Both the position numbers and the translations under genes were made by a program. From the NCBI GenBank assembly GCA_034434015.1, contig DAOUAB010000229.1, positions 1 through 64,000 of the forward strand: a DNA stretch of 64,000 nucleotides, in the 5' to 3' direction. The notes beneath the pieces are model-generated. The model saw only the letters and a list, made by a program, of their open reading frames with translations. It was not told the DNA's origin and ran no database searches. This document shows, in pieces, positions 18,370 to 28,600 of the stretch (positions within the stretch are counted from its first letter, which is position 1; each line of letters begins with the position of its first letter). Source of the DNA: Anaerolineales bacterium. GTDB lineage: Bacteria > Chloroflexota > Anaerolineae > Anaerolineales > UBA6663.

Positions 18370-19751
18370 TCCCATTGCGCTGGCGACTCACCCTGTGGCA
18401 TCTGGGCCTGACAGCCCTGGGCCTGTTGGGCTTCATCCTGATTTCGTACCGGGTCCTGTCCGACTCGTTGCGCGCCGAAGTGAACAACACCCTGGCCGAA
18501 CGCGCCAACCACGTCGCCGACGCGGTCGCCGTGGTGCCCAATCGCCCAATCGAGGGCATCTCCCAGGAAGCCACCGACGAGTTCCGCTCGCCCGGTATCT
18601 ACGTTCAGTTGTTCAACACCGAAGGCGTGGTCGTCGCACACTCATTCAACCTGGGCGCGCAGCAATTGCCCGTGCCGGCCGCCGACCTCAACCGGGCGTT
18701 AGCGGGCGAAAGCTTCTACGCCGCGACGGAAATTTCGGGTCAACCCGTGCAGTTGTTTTACCGCCCCATCCAACGCGACGGCCGGATTGTGGGTGCGGCG
18801 CAGGTGGGGCAGTCGCTCGCCGGGTCGGAGACCACACTCAGTCGTCTGCGGCTCATCTATGCCATCGGCACGGCCCTGGTACTGCTTTTCGGATGGGCGG
18901 GCGGATGGGTGTTCGCCCGCCTGGGCTTGCGGCCTGTGGCGCGCGTCACGCAGACTGCACGCGACATTGTCCGGGCCGAAGACCTCTCGCGCCGCGTGGC
19001 GTATTCCGGCCCTGCCGATGAGGTCGGCACGCTGGCCACCACCTTCAACGAAATGCTGGACCGGCTGCACATCCTGTTCGACAGCCAGCGGCGCTTCCTG
19101 GCGGAGGCCGCCCACGAGCTCCGCACGCCGCTCGCCTCCATGCTGGGCAACGTGGACTTGCTGGCGGCCTTCGGCGACGACCCGGCGCGGCGGCAGGAAA
19201 CCCTCGCCGCGCTCCAGCGCACCGGCCGGCACGTGGCCCGCCTGCTGGACGATTTGCTGCTCCTCGCCCAGGCCGAAGCAGGCTGGCATTTGTCCCCACT
19301 TGAGCCGGTCGCCCTGGATGATGTGCTCATGGAAGCCTACGAGGCAGCGCAATCGACCACGGGAAGTGTTACGCTCAAAGTAGACCGGTGCGAACCGGCC
19401 TGCGTGCGCGGCGACCCTGACCGCTTGCGGCAGGCGTTCATCAACCTGATTGACAATGCGGTGAAACACTCACCGCCAGGAGGCGTTGTCACCCTCAACG
19501 TCTGGCGCGAAGAGGGCCAGGTGAAGGGGAGCGTGGAAGACTGCGGCCCCGGCATTCCCCCCGACGCCCTGCCGCATATCTTCGAGCCGTTCTTCCGCGT
19601 ACCCTCCGGCGAACGCCTTCCCGGCGTCGGCCTGGGCCTAGCCATCGTCCACTGGACGGTGCGTGAACACGGCGGAGAGGTGGCGGTCGAAAGCGCCGCC
19701 GGGCGTGGCACAATGGTGAGCATTACGCTCCCCGAATACGCCTCACAATAG
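18366..19751 (+). CDS. Sensor histidine kinase (2 TM, HAMP, HisKA, HATPase_c)
   Basis: H-box HELRTPLASMLGNVDLL; N/G boxes NLIDNAVKHS, GVGLGLAIV; ATGA overlap with the regulator. Confidence 0.9.
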   Translation: MIPLRWRLTLWHLGLTALGLLGFILISYRVLSDSLRAEVNNTLAERANHVADAVAVVPNRPIEGISQEATDEFRSPGIYVQLFNTEGVVVAHSFNLGAQQLPVPAADLNRALAGESFYAATEISGQPVQLFYRPIQRDGRIVGAAQVGQSLAGSETTLSRLRLIYAIGTALVLLFGWAGGWVFARLGLRPVARVTQTARDIVRAEDLSRRVAYSGPADEVGTLATTFNEMLDRLHILFDSQRRFLAEAAHELRTPLASMLGNVDLLAAFGDDPARRQETLAALQRTGRHVARLLDDLLLLAQAEAGWHLSPLEPVALDDVLMEAYEAAQSTTGSVTLKVDRCEPACVRGDPDRLRQAFINLIDNAVKHSPPGGVVTLNVWREEGQVKGSVEDCGPGIPPDALPHIFEPFFRVPSGERLPGVGLGLAIVHWTVREHGGEVAVESAAGRGTMVSITLPEYASQ

Positions 19752-19925
19752 TCTGCTCTCATCCAAATTTCAGAACTTGTACAGGACTTTCTGAACCGGC
19801 GCGGCTATAGTCTGCTGCGCCGAATGCTCGGGTGTCCGGCTTCATAGCGACTGGCCTTGGCCCAATCGGCGTGCGGGCTGAGGCCAGATATTTGTCGAGT
19901 CCCTTCAGGCGGAGAAATCCATGGC

Positions 19926-21497
19926 ATGAACCGCAAAGAACGCACGGTCCTCGTCACCATCGTCATCAACCTGCTGCTTATCGCCTTCAAATTCTGGCTC
20001 GCAGGCGCATCCGGCAGCCTGGCCTTGCGGGCCAGCGCCCTGCACTCCATCGCCGACGCCGCCATCGGCGGCTTCGTGCTCGTCGGCCTGCTCCTCAGCC
20101 GGTGGAACGAGGCGCGCGCCCAGCGCAAAGGCCAGGTGAGCGCCATCGAAAACTGGGTGGCGCTGGCGGTGGCCGCCGCCATCTTCTACGTCGGTTTCGA
20201 CATCGTGCTGGAGGTATTGAGCGGCGAGCCGCCCGAACTCGCGAACCTCGGCCCCATCACGCTGGCCTCGCTCGTCACAGTCGCGGCGGCCTACTTCATC
20301 GCGCGTTACAAACTCTACGTCGGGCGGCAGACTAACTCGCCCGCCCTCATCGCCGGGGGCTATCACTCGCAGATGGACATCTATGCTTCCATCGTGGTGG
20401 TGGCCGGGCTGGCAGGCGCGGCGCTCGGCCTGCCCAATCTGGACAAGGCCGCCGCCGCCGTGGTGGTGGTCTTCATCCTCTTCTCCGGCTACGAGATTGC
20501 GTCCTCGGCGGTCAACGCCTTGCGCCACCGGGAGACGCTAGACATCGAAGGCGAAACCGCCGGCCACGTGCACCGACATCCGCTTGTGGCGGCGGGCGTG
20601 TGGCGCGTGTTCGTCCCGGCGGCCGCCCTCGTACTGCTGGCGCTGTATCTGCTTTCCGGTTTCTACGCGGTTCAGCCGGGCGAGGCCGCCGTCGTGCGCC
20701 GCTTCGGAAGTGTGCTTGCCGGGAATGTCGGCCCTGGCCTGCATTACCGCCTGCCGTGGCCGGTGGACCGCGTGGACATCGTGGCCGTGAACAGCATCCG
20801 CCGCGCCGAGGCTCCGGCCAGCCTCATGCTCACCGGCGACGAGAACCTCATCAATGTGCGCCTGAGCATTCATTACACCGTGACCGATCCCGCCGCGTTC
20901 TTGCTCAACGTGGTAGACCCTGAAGGCACGGTGCTGCAAGCCGCCGACGCCGCGATGCGGCAGGTGGTGGCGAACGAGGGCGTGGATGCCCTGCTCACCG
21001 TGGACAAATCCGCTATCCAGCAACGCGCCGCCGCACTGACGCAAACGGCTCTCGACAGTTACGCCTCCGGCCTGCAAGTCGTCGGGGTGCAACTGCTGGA
21101 GAGCAGCCCCCCGCCGGAAGTGGCCGAGGCGTTCCGCGACGTGGCCAGCGCGCGCGAGGACAAGAATACCTTCATTAATGAAGCCCTGGCGTACCAGAAC
21201 GAGGTCCTGCCCGTGGCGCGCGGCGACGCCGCAAAAACCGTCCAGGCCGCCAGCGCTTACCGCGCCGAAAAGGTGGCGCTGGCGGCGGGCGACGCGGCGT
21301 TGTTCACCAGCCGCCAGGGCGCGTATGCCGATGCGCCCGAAATCACCCGCCTGCGCCTGTACCTCGAAGCCGTCGAGAAAGTCCTGCCCGGTTCACGCAA
21401 ATTCGTGTTGGACGCCGCCGTGCGCCTGCAGACCACCGACCTGTGGTTCCCCGGCGCCCCTTCGGGCAACGCGCAGACCTTTCCGCCCCAGCCGTGA
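19926..21497 (+). CDS. Fusion protein: cation-diffusion-facilitator (CDF) 6-TM domain plus extra TM plus HflK-like SPFH/band-7 domain
   Basis: N-terminal CDF signature (SGSLALRASALHSIADAA with HxxxD in TM2; HSQMD HxxxD in TM5). C-terminal 300 aa align with HflK (FYAVQPGEAAVVRRFG ... HYRLPWPVDRVD ... SAREDK). No canonical CDF C-terminal domain. Confidence 0.7.
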   Translation: MNRKERTVLVTIVINLLLIAFKFWLAGASGSLALRASALHSIADAAIGGFVLVGLLLSRWNEARAQRKGQVSAIENWVALAVAAAIFYVGFDIVLEVLSGEPPELANLGPITLASLVTVAAAYFIARYKLYVGRQTNSPALIAGGYHSQMDIYASIVVVAGLAGAALGLPNLDKAAAAVVVVFILFSGYEIASSAVNALRHRETLDIEGETAGHVHRHPLVAAGVWRVFVPAAALVLLALYLLSGFYAVQPGEAAVVRRFGSVLAGNVGPGLHYRLPWPVDRVDIVAVNSIRRAEAPASLMLTGDENLINVRLSIHYTVTDPAAFLLNVVDPEGTVLQAADAAMRQVVANEGVDALLTVDKSAIQQRAAALTQTALDSYASGLQVVGVQLLESSPPPEVAEAFRDVASAREDKNTFINEALAYQNEVLPVARGDAAKTVQAASAYRAEKVALAAGDAALFTSRQGAYADAPEITRLRLYLEAVEKVLPGSRKFVLDAAVRLQTTDLWFPGAPSGNAQTFPPQP

Positions 21498-21530
21498 AGA
21501 ACGCACACAGCCGGTTCTGAAGGCATCCCG

Positions 21531-21836
21531 ATGACCCAACAACGAGATTTCCAGGCCGTGGACGACGCATTGCGAACTTATCCCATCCCACCTGCGCCGG
21601 CTACGCTGCTGCCGGGAACGATGGCGCGCGTTCGCGCCACCGCCCCACTCCGTTTCCGCCTGAACTGGCTTGACTATGCACTTTGCTCGTTTGCCACTGT
21701 CATGGTGGGATTGTCCCTCCTTTTGTGGCAACCATCGCTGCATTCACTCACGCACGTGTACCTGGCACTGGTACGGCTCTGGCACGCCTTTCAGTGGCTG
21801 TTTATTGAGGCGTTCGCTTGGTTCGGAAACCACTGA
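21531..21836 (+). CDS. Hypothetical small membrane protein
   Basis: ORF between the CDF-HflK and hflC genes; one or two TM. Confidence 0.35.
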   Translation: MTQQRDFQAVDDALRTYPIPPAPATLLPGTMARVRATAPLRFRLNWLDYALCSFATVMVGLSLLLWQPSLHSLTHVYLALVRLWHAFQWLFIEAFAWFGNH

Positions 21837-21888
21837 GGGCCATCGCCTCATCGTTACTGACTCTCTACGAGGAGAAGGAATAACTTCT

Positions 21889-22833
21889 ATGAAACTCATC
21901 CGCAACCTCGCCCTCGGCTTCATAGCCCTCGCGTTTCTGGCCGCCTACCTGGTCTTCTTTCAAGTGGACGCCACCGAGTACGCCATCGTCACGCAGTTCG
22001 GCCAGCCGGTGAACGTCATCACCCAGCCGGGCCTCTACGCCAAACTGCCCGATCCCATACAAAGCGTGGTGCGCATCAACAACCAGCTGCGCGTCTACAA
22101 CCTGCCGCAGACTGAATTCCTGACGGCAGACAAAAAGAACATCGTCCTCGAAGCCTACGCCACCTGGGAAGTGACCGACGCGCTGACCTTCCTCCGAACC
22201 GTACGCGACCCGGTGGGCGCGGAGACGCGCCTGGCCGACATTGTGGCTTCTGAACTCGGAGTAGCGCTCGGCCAGGTGGAACTGAGTCAACTCGTCACCA
22301 CCGACGCAGCGCAGTTGAAACTGCCCGATACTCTGAACGCTGTGACGCAGGGCGCGGCAGGCCGCACGACGCAATATGGCTTTGCCGTCACTGACGTGCG
22401 CCTCAAGCAGCTCACATTCCCGCAGGCCAACCTCACCAGCGTCTTCCAGCGCATGAAGGCCGAGCGCGAAGCCATCGCCCGCCAGTTCCGCTCGGAGGGC
22501 ACTGAACAGGCGGCCAAGATTCGCGCCGACGCCGATGCGCAGAAAGCGCAAATCCTGGCCGACGCCAACCAGCAGGCGGCTGAGACGCGCGGCCAGGCCG
22601 ACGCGGAGGCCATCGCCATCTACGCCGCCGCCTTCGGCAAAGACCCGGAGTTCTATCGCTTCCTGCGCACCCTGCAATCTTATGAGACGTTCATTGACAG
22701 CAATACGACCCTCATCCTGCCATCTGACTCGGAGCTGCTGCAATACCTCAACCCGGGAAATTCCAGCGCGAGCGTCAACAGCAACTCCGAGGTGACCGCC
22801 ACCCCGACACCGACGGCGACGGTCACGCCGTAG
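21889..22833 (+). CDS. hflC: HflC-like SPFH-domain protein
   Basis: RBS gaggagaagg; N-terminal TM then band-7 domain (YAIVTQFGQPV ... LTADKKNIVLEAYATWEV); Thr/Pro-rich C-terminus. Confidence 0.8.
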   Translation: MKLIRNLALGFIALAFLAAYLVFFQVDATEYAIVTQFGQPVNVITQPGLYAKLPDPIQSVVRINNQLRVYNLPQTEFLTADKKNIVLEAYATWEVTDALTFLRTVRDPVGAETRLADIVASELGVALGQVELSQLVTTDAAQLKLPDTLNAVTQGAAGRTTQYGFAVTDVRLKQLTFPQANLTSVFQRMKAEREAIARQFRSEGTEQAAKIRADADAQKAQILADANQQAAETRGQADAEAIAIYAAAFGKDPEFYRFLRTLQSYETFIDSNTTLILPSDSELLQYLNPGNSSASVNSNSEVTATPTPTATVTP

Positions 22834-22842
22834 GAGGCCCGG

Positions 22843-23958
22843 ATGACGACCGACACACCCACTCCACCTCCTCCACCACAGCGCCCGCGCTTTGATTGGC
22901 CTGGCTTGTTGCGCCAGATCGGACAGGCTGTCGCCCGATTCATTCGTAGCCTGGTCGGCGATGGCGAATCGCCGCTGGCTGACCTGCGCGCCGCCTTCGG
23001 CCATCTCAAATGGAATCGGGTCCTGTGGGGACTCATCGGTCTTGCCATCGCGGGCTATCTCGCCACCGGCGTGTACATCGTTGCGCCGGGCGAGGCTGCG
23101 GTCGTGCGGCGCTTCGGGGCTATCGTCGAGCCGCGCGCAGAGCCGGGCGCGCACTATCGCCTGCCCTGGCCCATTGACCGCGTGGACCTTGTCAACGTGG
23201 GCGACGTGCGCCGCGAAGTCGTCGGCGTGGCCGAACCCGAAGAGGGCCACGAGCATCCCGAGCCTCCTTCTAAACTTCAGGTGCTCTCCGGCGATACCAA
23301 CGTGATTGACGTGGAAATCGTGGTGCAGTATCAGGTGCGCGACCCCGCTGCCTATCTCGTCAACGTGCAATACGCGCCCTACCGCCTGGTGCGCGACGCG
23401 GTGCGGCAGGCCGTCACGGGCCTCGTTAATCAACTACCGGTGGACGACATCCTCACCACCGAACGGCAGGCATTGCAAGACGCCATCCGTGTTGAGACGC
23501 AGAAGCGGCTGGACGACTACAACAGCGGCCTGGTCGTCGTCGGGCTCAATCTGCAGAAAGCCTTCCCGCCCGACGAGGTGGCGGCCGCCTTCACCGACGT
23601 CAACAGCGCCCGAGAAGACAAGGCCCGCGCCATCAACGAAGCTACCGGCTACGCCAACAGCCTCCTCCCCGAAGCGCGCGGCCAGGCCGAGGGTATCCTG
23701 GCGCAGGCGCAGGCTTATCGCTCCGACGCGCTGGCGCAGGCCAATGGCGCGGCGCAGGCTTTCGAGGCCGTGCTGGCCGAGTATCAAACCAACTCGGAAA
23801 TTTACGGCGAAGACGTGACGCGCTACCGGCTGTACCTGGAAACACTGGAGAAGATTCTGCCGCGCGTGCAGGTGTACACGGTGGACACGCGCAACGGCGG
23901 CGAGGTGAATTTGCGGCTGTTGGGCAACCCTGCTCCCGCACCGACACCTGCCCCGTGA
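22843..23958 (+). CDS. hflK: HflK-like SPFH-domain protein
   Basis: Pro-rich N-terminus, TM, GEAAVVRRFGAIVEPRAEPGAHYRLPWPIDRVD, DVNSAREDK; paralogous to the C-terminal half of the upstream fusion. Confidence 0.85.
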   Translation: MTTDTPTPPPPPQRPRFDWPGLLRQIGQAVARFIRSLVGDGESPLADLRAAFGHLKWNRVLWGLIGLAIAGYLATGVYIVAPGEAAVVRRFGAIVEPRAEPGAHYRLPWPIDRVDLVNVGDVRREVVGVAEPEEGHEHPEPPSKLQVLSGDTNVIDVEIVVQYQVRDPAAYLVNVQYAPYRLVRDAVRQAVTGLVNQLPVDDILTTERQALQDAIRVETQKRLDDYNSGLVVVGLNLQKAFPPDEVAAAFTDVNSAREDKARAINEATGYANSLLPEARGQAEGILAQAQAYRSDALAQANGAAQAFEAVLAEYQTNSEIYGEDVTRYRLYLETLEKILPRVQVYTVDTRNGGEVNLRLLGNPAPAPTPAP

Positions 23959-23970
23959 AGGTGACGTTCG

Positions 23971-26298
23971 ATGGCTGAAGGCTGGAAGCAAGTCTGGGAC
24001 GACATCGTCAACGCCCTGCGCGGTGGCGAACCGAGGCCCGAACCACAGACGCCGCCGGTCGAGAAACCGGCCCTGCCCCCTGAGGTCGCGCCGCCCGAAG
24101 TCGAAGCTTTGCCGCCGACGATAAGCGCCGAATCGTCGGTCGAGGCTTCAGCGGTTCCCCTGGCTGCAGAACCCGCCGCGGCAGTGGTCGAGACTCCCCC
24201 ATCGGAAGTCGCGCCCTCAGTCGAACCCACTGGCGAGGCTGCGCCACTGGTTTGGGAGACCGGCGCCGGACCCGGCCTGCCGGTTGAAGGGGAGGGGGTA
24301 GCCAGCCAACAGGCAGCGCCTGAACCCGCGCCGACGGCGCGACAAATCTGGCTGGGGCGCCTGCGCACGGGCGCGCTGTACGCCGGGCTGGCCGCGGTGT
24401 TCGTCATCGGTCTGTGGTTTGCAGGCGGCTATCGCTGGTGGCCACAAGCCTATCTCTGGTGGCTGAGCCTGACTGCGCCTAAGCCGCCTGCCTCCGACGT
24501 GATCGCCACATTCGATGGCGGCCAGATCACCATCGCCGATGTGGAAGCCCACTTGAAACTGCTCGTGCCGGAAGAGTATCAGGTCGTTGCCCGCACGCCG
24601 GATACGCTGCTGGCCGTGGTCGAGGACATGGTGATGGATGAACTGGTGCGGCGCTGGGCGGCCACGCGCCAGCCAGACCGCGACGAAGACTTCAGCCACA
24701 CCATGCAGCACATCACCGAGAGCCTCAACCTGGAGTCGCTCGACCTCCAGCGACACGAGGGCGAAATCCAGGTGACGGAGAGCGAAATCCAGGATTACTA
24801 CAACGCCAACAAAGCGCAGTTCGGGGACCAAACCCTTGACCAAGTGCGCGATCAAATCCGGCAGACGCTCGTGTCGCAACGCGAGCAGGGATATATCGAA
24901 GGGTATATCAAGCGCCTGAAGGACAACGCCTCGATCACCCGCAATTTCGAACTGCTGGACGTACCGGCCCCGGCCGAGGACGACTTGCGCCGCTATTACG
25001 ACGCCAACCTCGACCTGTTCAAACTCTCGCGCCGCGCCGTGGTGGATGAACTGCAATTCCCCGCGGGCGCCGATGAGGCTGCCGCTCGCCAGAACGCCGA
25101 CGATGCGCTGCTCAAACTGCGCTCAGGTGCAACGTTTGGCGAGGTCGCTGGCGCGATCACCGGCACACTGGCCTTCACCGGCACGACTTTTAGCGAGGGC
25201 ACCCGCGACCCGGCCTGGGATGCTGCGGTGTTCGCGCTGACGGCGAACGAATTGAGCGATGTCTTTCGCGCGGGCGACTTTTTCTACATCGTCCGGCTCA
25301 ACGAACTTCAGCCCGCACGCACGCAGACGCTGGATGAAGTGCGACCCGTGGTGATGGCGGCCGTTCAGCAACAGAAAACTGAGGAATGGTTCAACGCTAA
25401 CGCCGGCAAAACGCTCTTCACGCTCAAGGGACGGCAGTATACGTTGAGGCAGTTTTACACGGAGTACAAAGAGCTGGATATTTCCACCCAGGCGCAGTAC
25501 GGCGGTCCGGAAGGCATGCAGCAACTGGCGGAATTGTTGATCGAGCGTCTCCTGCTCGTGGAAGACACCTACGACCAACTGCTGGACGTGCAGAACAAGC
25601 CGCTGGTGGACGAGGCGCGCCTGCAGGTGCTCAAGCAAATGCTGCACCAGGAAGAGATTGACGACAAGATCCAGGTGACCGACGAGGAGCTGCGAAAGTT
25701 CTACGATGAGAACATTGACCTGATGGCCCTGCCGCCCAGGTCGCGCATCCGCTATATCCGCATCGGGCTGGGTTCCACCGAAGACGAACAGAACGCCGCG
25801 CGCGCCCGCGCCGACGAAGCCTACAAAAAACTCGTGCCGGGCCTCTTCCAGCAGGGCGCAGACTTTGCCGCCGTCGCACAGGAATACTCCGAAGACCCGG
25901 AGACTGCCGCTAACGGCGGCGAACTCGACGGCTGGATCGGGGAGAGTGAAGATATCCTGGCCGAGGCGCAACTGCATCCATTCCACGAGGCGATTCTGCC
26001 GTTACAGCCAGACGAGATCAGCCGGCCTTTTCAATTTGGAGACAGCCTGTACATCGTACAGGTTATTGAGCGCACTGAGCCGGAACGATTGGCCTTCGAG
26101 CAGGCCAGGCCCTATATCGAGGAAATTCTCACTCAGCAGAAGCACGAGGAGAGGTTGGCGCAGCTCACCGACGATCTGTTCAAACAAGCGAACGTAGTGG
26201 TTTACGAAACTGTGCTGCTAGACTACTTCAAGACACTGCCAACACCCGTGGCACCCCTGGGAGCTCCAGAAGATGGCGCGCCTTATCCCTCGCCGTGA
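23971..26298 (+). CDS. Membrane-anchored SurA/PrsA-like peptidyl-prolyl cis-trans isomerase with two PpiC (parvulin) domains
   Basis: Pro/Ala/Glu-rich N-terminus, single TM, SurA-like chaperone region, two parvulin-type rotamase segments. Confidence 0.7.
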   Translation: MAEGWKQVWDDIVNALRGGEPRPEPQTPPVEKPALPPEVAPPEVEALPPTISAESSVEASAVPLAAEPAAAVVETPPSEVAPSVEPTGEAAPLVWETGAGPGLPVEGEGVASQQAAPEPAPTARQIWLGRLRTGALYAGLAAVFVIGLWFAGGYRWWPQAYLWWLSLTAPKPPASDVIATFDGGQITIADVEAHLKLLVPEEYQVVARTPDTLLAVVEDMVMDELVRRWAATRQPDRDEDFSHTMQHITESLNLESLDLQRHEGEIQVTESEIQDYYNANKAQFGDQTLDQVRDQIRQTLVSQREQGYIEGYIKRLKDNASITRNFELLDVPAPAEDDLRRYYDANLDLFKLSRRAVVDELQFPAGADEAAARQNADDALLKLRSGATFGEVAGAITGTLAFTGTTFSEGTRDPAWDAAVFALTANELSDVFRAGDFFYIVRLNELQPARTQTLDEVRPVVMAAVQQQKTEEWFNANAGKTLFTLKGRQYTLRQFYTEYKELDISTQAQYGGPEGMQQLAELLIERLLLVEDTYDQLLDVQNKPLVDEARLQVLKQMLHQEEIDDKIQVTDEELRKFYDENIDLMALPPRSRIRYIRIGLGSTEDEQNAARARADEAYKKLVPGLFQQGADFAAVAQEYSEDPETAANGGELDGWIGESEDILAEAQLHPFHEAILPLQPDEISRPFQFGDSLYIVQVIERTEPERLAFEQARPYIEEILTQQKHEERLAQLTDDLFKQANVVVYETVLLDYFKTLPTPVAPLGAPEDGAPYPSP

Positions 26299-27271
26299 TT
26301 TTCTCAAAGTTACAGCCATGGCTGCACTGGGCCTCGTATTGGACTTGCCACAGCGGGCGCAGCCCGCCGAGGCGCCTATCGCCCTGGGCCGCGTCACGAA
26401 CTCCTCGCTGCGGGCCTACGACCGGCCGGCGTTCACGGGCAAGGCGCAATCGAAGGTGTATTGGGCCGACACCCTTGTCAACATCTATGAAGAGAAGAAG
26501 GGTGGCGACCCCGGCCAATCGCAGAACCCGGTCTGGTGGCGCACGGACGAGGGCTGGGTACATTCGTCGCTGATCCAGCCGGTACGCAATGACCTGAACC
26601 AGCCAATTGTGGACGTACCCAAAGAAGGGTTTCTGGCTGAAGTGACAGTGCCCTTCACCGAGGCCTGGCGCAATGACGATGGCAACCCGAAGAAGGTCTA
26701 TCGCTTTTACTACGCCAGCACGCACTGGGTAGACCAATCGGTCACGGATAAGAAGGGCCGCGTGTGGTATCGCGTGCTGGATGACCGGTACAAGGTCTAC
26801 TACTTTGTGTTGGCTGAGAGCCTGCGCCGTGTGGATGACGACGAGCTGACGCCGATCTCATCAAACGTGACCGACAAGCGCATCGAAGTGGATTTGAAAC
26901 AGCAGAGCCTGACCGCGTATGAGAATGGCGCGATCGCCTTGACTGCTCGCGTCTCGACCGGGCGCCGGGGAGCGGCAACGCCCAGCGGAGAATTCAAAGT
27001 AGAGCAGAAGCGGCCGTCGCGCCACATGGCGGCAAGCGATGGCAACGGCTTTGATTTGCCGGGTGTGCCGTGGGTGTCCTATATCTACTGGACGGGCGTG
27101 GCGCTGCACGGCACGTACTGGCACAACGATTACGGCACGCCGCGCAGCCGCGGTTGCATCAACCTGACGCCGGCAGACGCCAAGTGGCTGTATCGCTGGA
27201 CGCTGCCCGTCGTCCCACCTGGAGAGGATTACGTGCGGGCTCCTGAAGGCACACGCGTTGTCGTGTTTTGA
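26273..27271 (+). CDS. L,D-transpeptidase (YkuD domain) with Tat signal
   Basis: RRDFLK twin-arginine motif; catalytic HGTYWHNDYGTPRSRGCINL (His...Cys). Confidence 0.8.
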   Translation: MARLIPRRDFLKVTAMAALGLVLDLPQRAQPAEAPIALGRVTNSSLRAYDRPAFTGKAQSKVYWADTLVNIYEEKKGGDPGQSQNPVWWRTDEGWVHSSLIQPVRNDLNQPIVDVPKEGFLAEVTVPFTEAWRNDDGNPKKVYRFYYASTHWVDQSVTDKKGRVWYRVLDDRYKVYYFVLAESLRRVDDDELTPISSNVTDKRIEVDLKQQSLTAYENGAIALTARVSTGRRGAATPSGEFKVEQKRPSRHMAASDGNGFDLPGVPWVSYIYWTGVALHGTYWHNDYGTPRSRGCINLTPADAKWLYRWTLPVVPPGEDYVRAPEGTRVVVF

Positions 27272-27682
27272 CAGCACTTCAGGATGGAGCCCCAAAGAGC
27301 GGAAGCTAATCCCGGTCTTCACCCGAACTGGGAATTCCAGCGTGAAACCTGCAAACGCAATCCCTGCGCTCTTCGAGGCGGTCAGCCAGGCTGCCTATCT
27401 ACGTGACTAACCTTGGCCCGACCGTCTCGCGCCAGCAGTGGGTGAGCGCCTTCGACGCGCACTTCGCTGGGACGAGCCCGGCCAGGAGAGTGACGGACCT
27501 GCCCACCAGCAGCACGCCCGGAAATCCTCGTCCGGGCCGCCGGCATGGTGTGTTGGCGCCACGCCGTGCCAATAAAGACGATAGTGGCCAGCGAGCTGCT
27601 CATGCGGGCGGGATAGCAGGCATATTATGTGACATTCTACACATTCTTCTCATCCGAGGTTCTTGTAATTTAGAGGGGATGA

Positions 27683-28011
27683 TTGGCCTATCCCGGTTCG
27701 GTGAGTATTGGCCCGGCGCCTCCCGTCTGCGCGGGTCCCTGGCCATCCTGTTGACGCTCAGCCTGGCCCTTATCACGACTACGGACGCAGATTGTCTGCG
27801 CTCGCAGCCGGAGGCCCGCGGCTGTGCGCCGGCGGTGACTAGCCCCCAGACCGGCGATCAGGCCGGCACATGCACCTATTGCGCCGACCGGCTGCCCGTC
27901 TGCCTGGCGTTTGTCCTGCCCGTGGCACCGAAGATCACGGTGGTCTTTCCGCCTCCGACCGCGCGCGCTTTCCACGCGTCTCACCTCGATCGTCCGCCCA
28001 TCTCCGCATAA
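27683..28011 (+). CDS. Hypothetical small secreted Cys-rich protein
   Basis: Preceded by a locally AT-rich, promoter-like segment (27610-27680); signal-peptide-like N-terminus; 6 Cys. Confidence 0.3.
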
Positions 28012-28177
28012 CCCCGCGAACCTGATCGGGCTCACCCTCTGGGAATGGCCGGGGCGTACACCACGGTCCTGCGTGTGGTCGCACCCAGCGGGTGAGTTTG
28101 AGAATTGCAGCCTGATACCGCCGGAGTGAACGGGTCTCCCGAAATCCACCGCTGTGACTCACGTCTCCGGGAGGTGC

Positions 28178-28594
28178 ATGGTCCGAGGTCAACTGATGAA
28201 CCACTTCCGACAATCCCTGCTCGTCGCCTTTTGGCTTGCCGCTGCCACGCTGTGGGCGGGTTGCGGCGCGGCGCCGCCGCGCATCGTCATCGAGCCCGCC
28301 AGACAGGAGCTGGGCGAGGTGCCTCAACAACTCATCGAGCTCACGTTTACGGTCCGCAACGAGGGCGGCAGCCCGCTCACCATCCAGAAGATCAGCACCT
28401 CCTGCGACTGCACCAAGGCGGAGATCAGCCTGGACGAGATCCCGGCCGGCGGAACGGCGGAGCTCAGGGTCTCGCTCGATCCGCTGGAAGATCACCTGTA
28501 TGGCAGCATCACGCGCGTGGTGTACATCCGCAGCAACGATCCCGAGCAGCCCGAGGCGCAGGCCAAGTTTCACGCCCTGATCCAGGGGCCGTAG
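28178..28594 (+). CDS. DUF1573-domain lipoprotein
   Basis: Lipobox WAGCGA; TFTVRNEGGSPLTIQKISTSCDCT matches the DUF1573 pattern. Confidence 0.6.
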   Translation: MVRGQLMNHFRQSLLVAFWLAAATLWAGCGAAPPRIVIEPARQELGEVPQQLIELTFTVRNEGGSPLTIQKISTSCDCTKAEISLDEIPAGGTAELRVSLDPLEDHLYGSITRVVYIRSNDPEQPEAQAKFHALIQGP

Positions 28595-28600
28595 GTCGCC

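Noticed and set aside
21865-23433. 522-aa minus-strand ORF
   Set aside because: Antisense to hflC/hflK; no recognisable domain.
24217-25986. Minus-strand ORFs of 279 and 287 aa
   Set aside because: Antisense to the PPIase gene.
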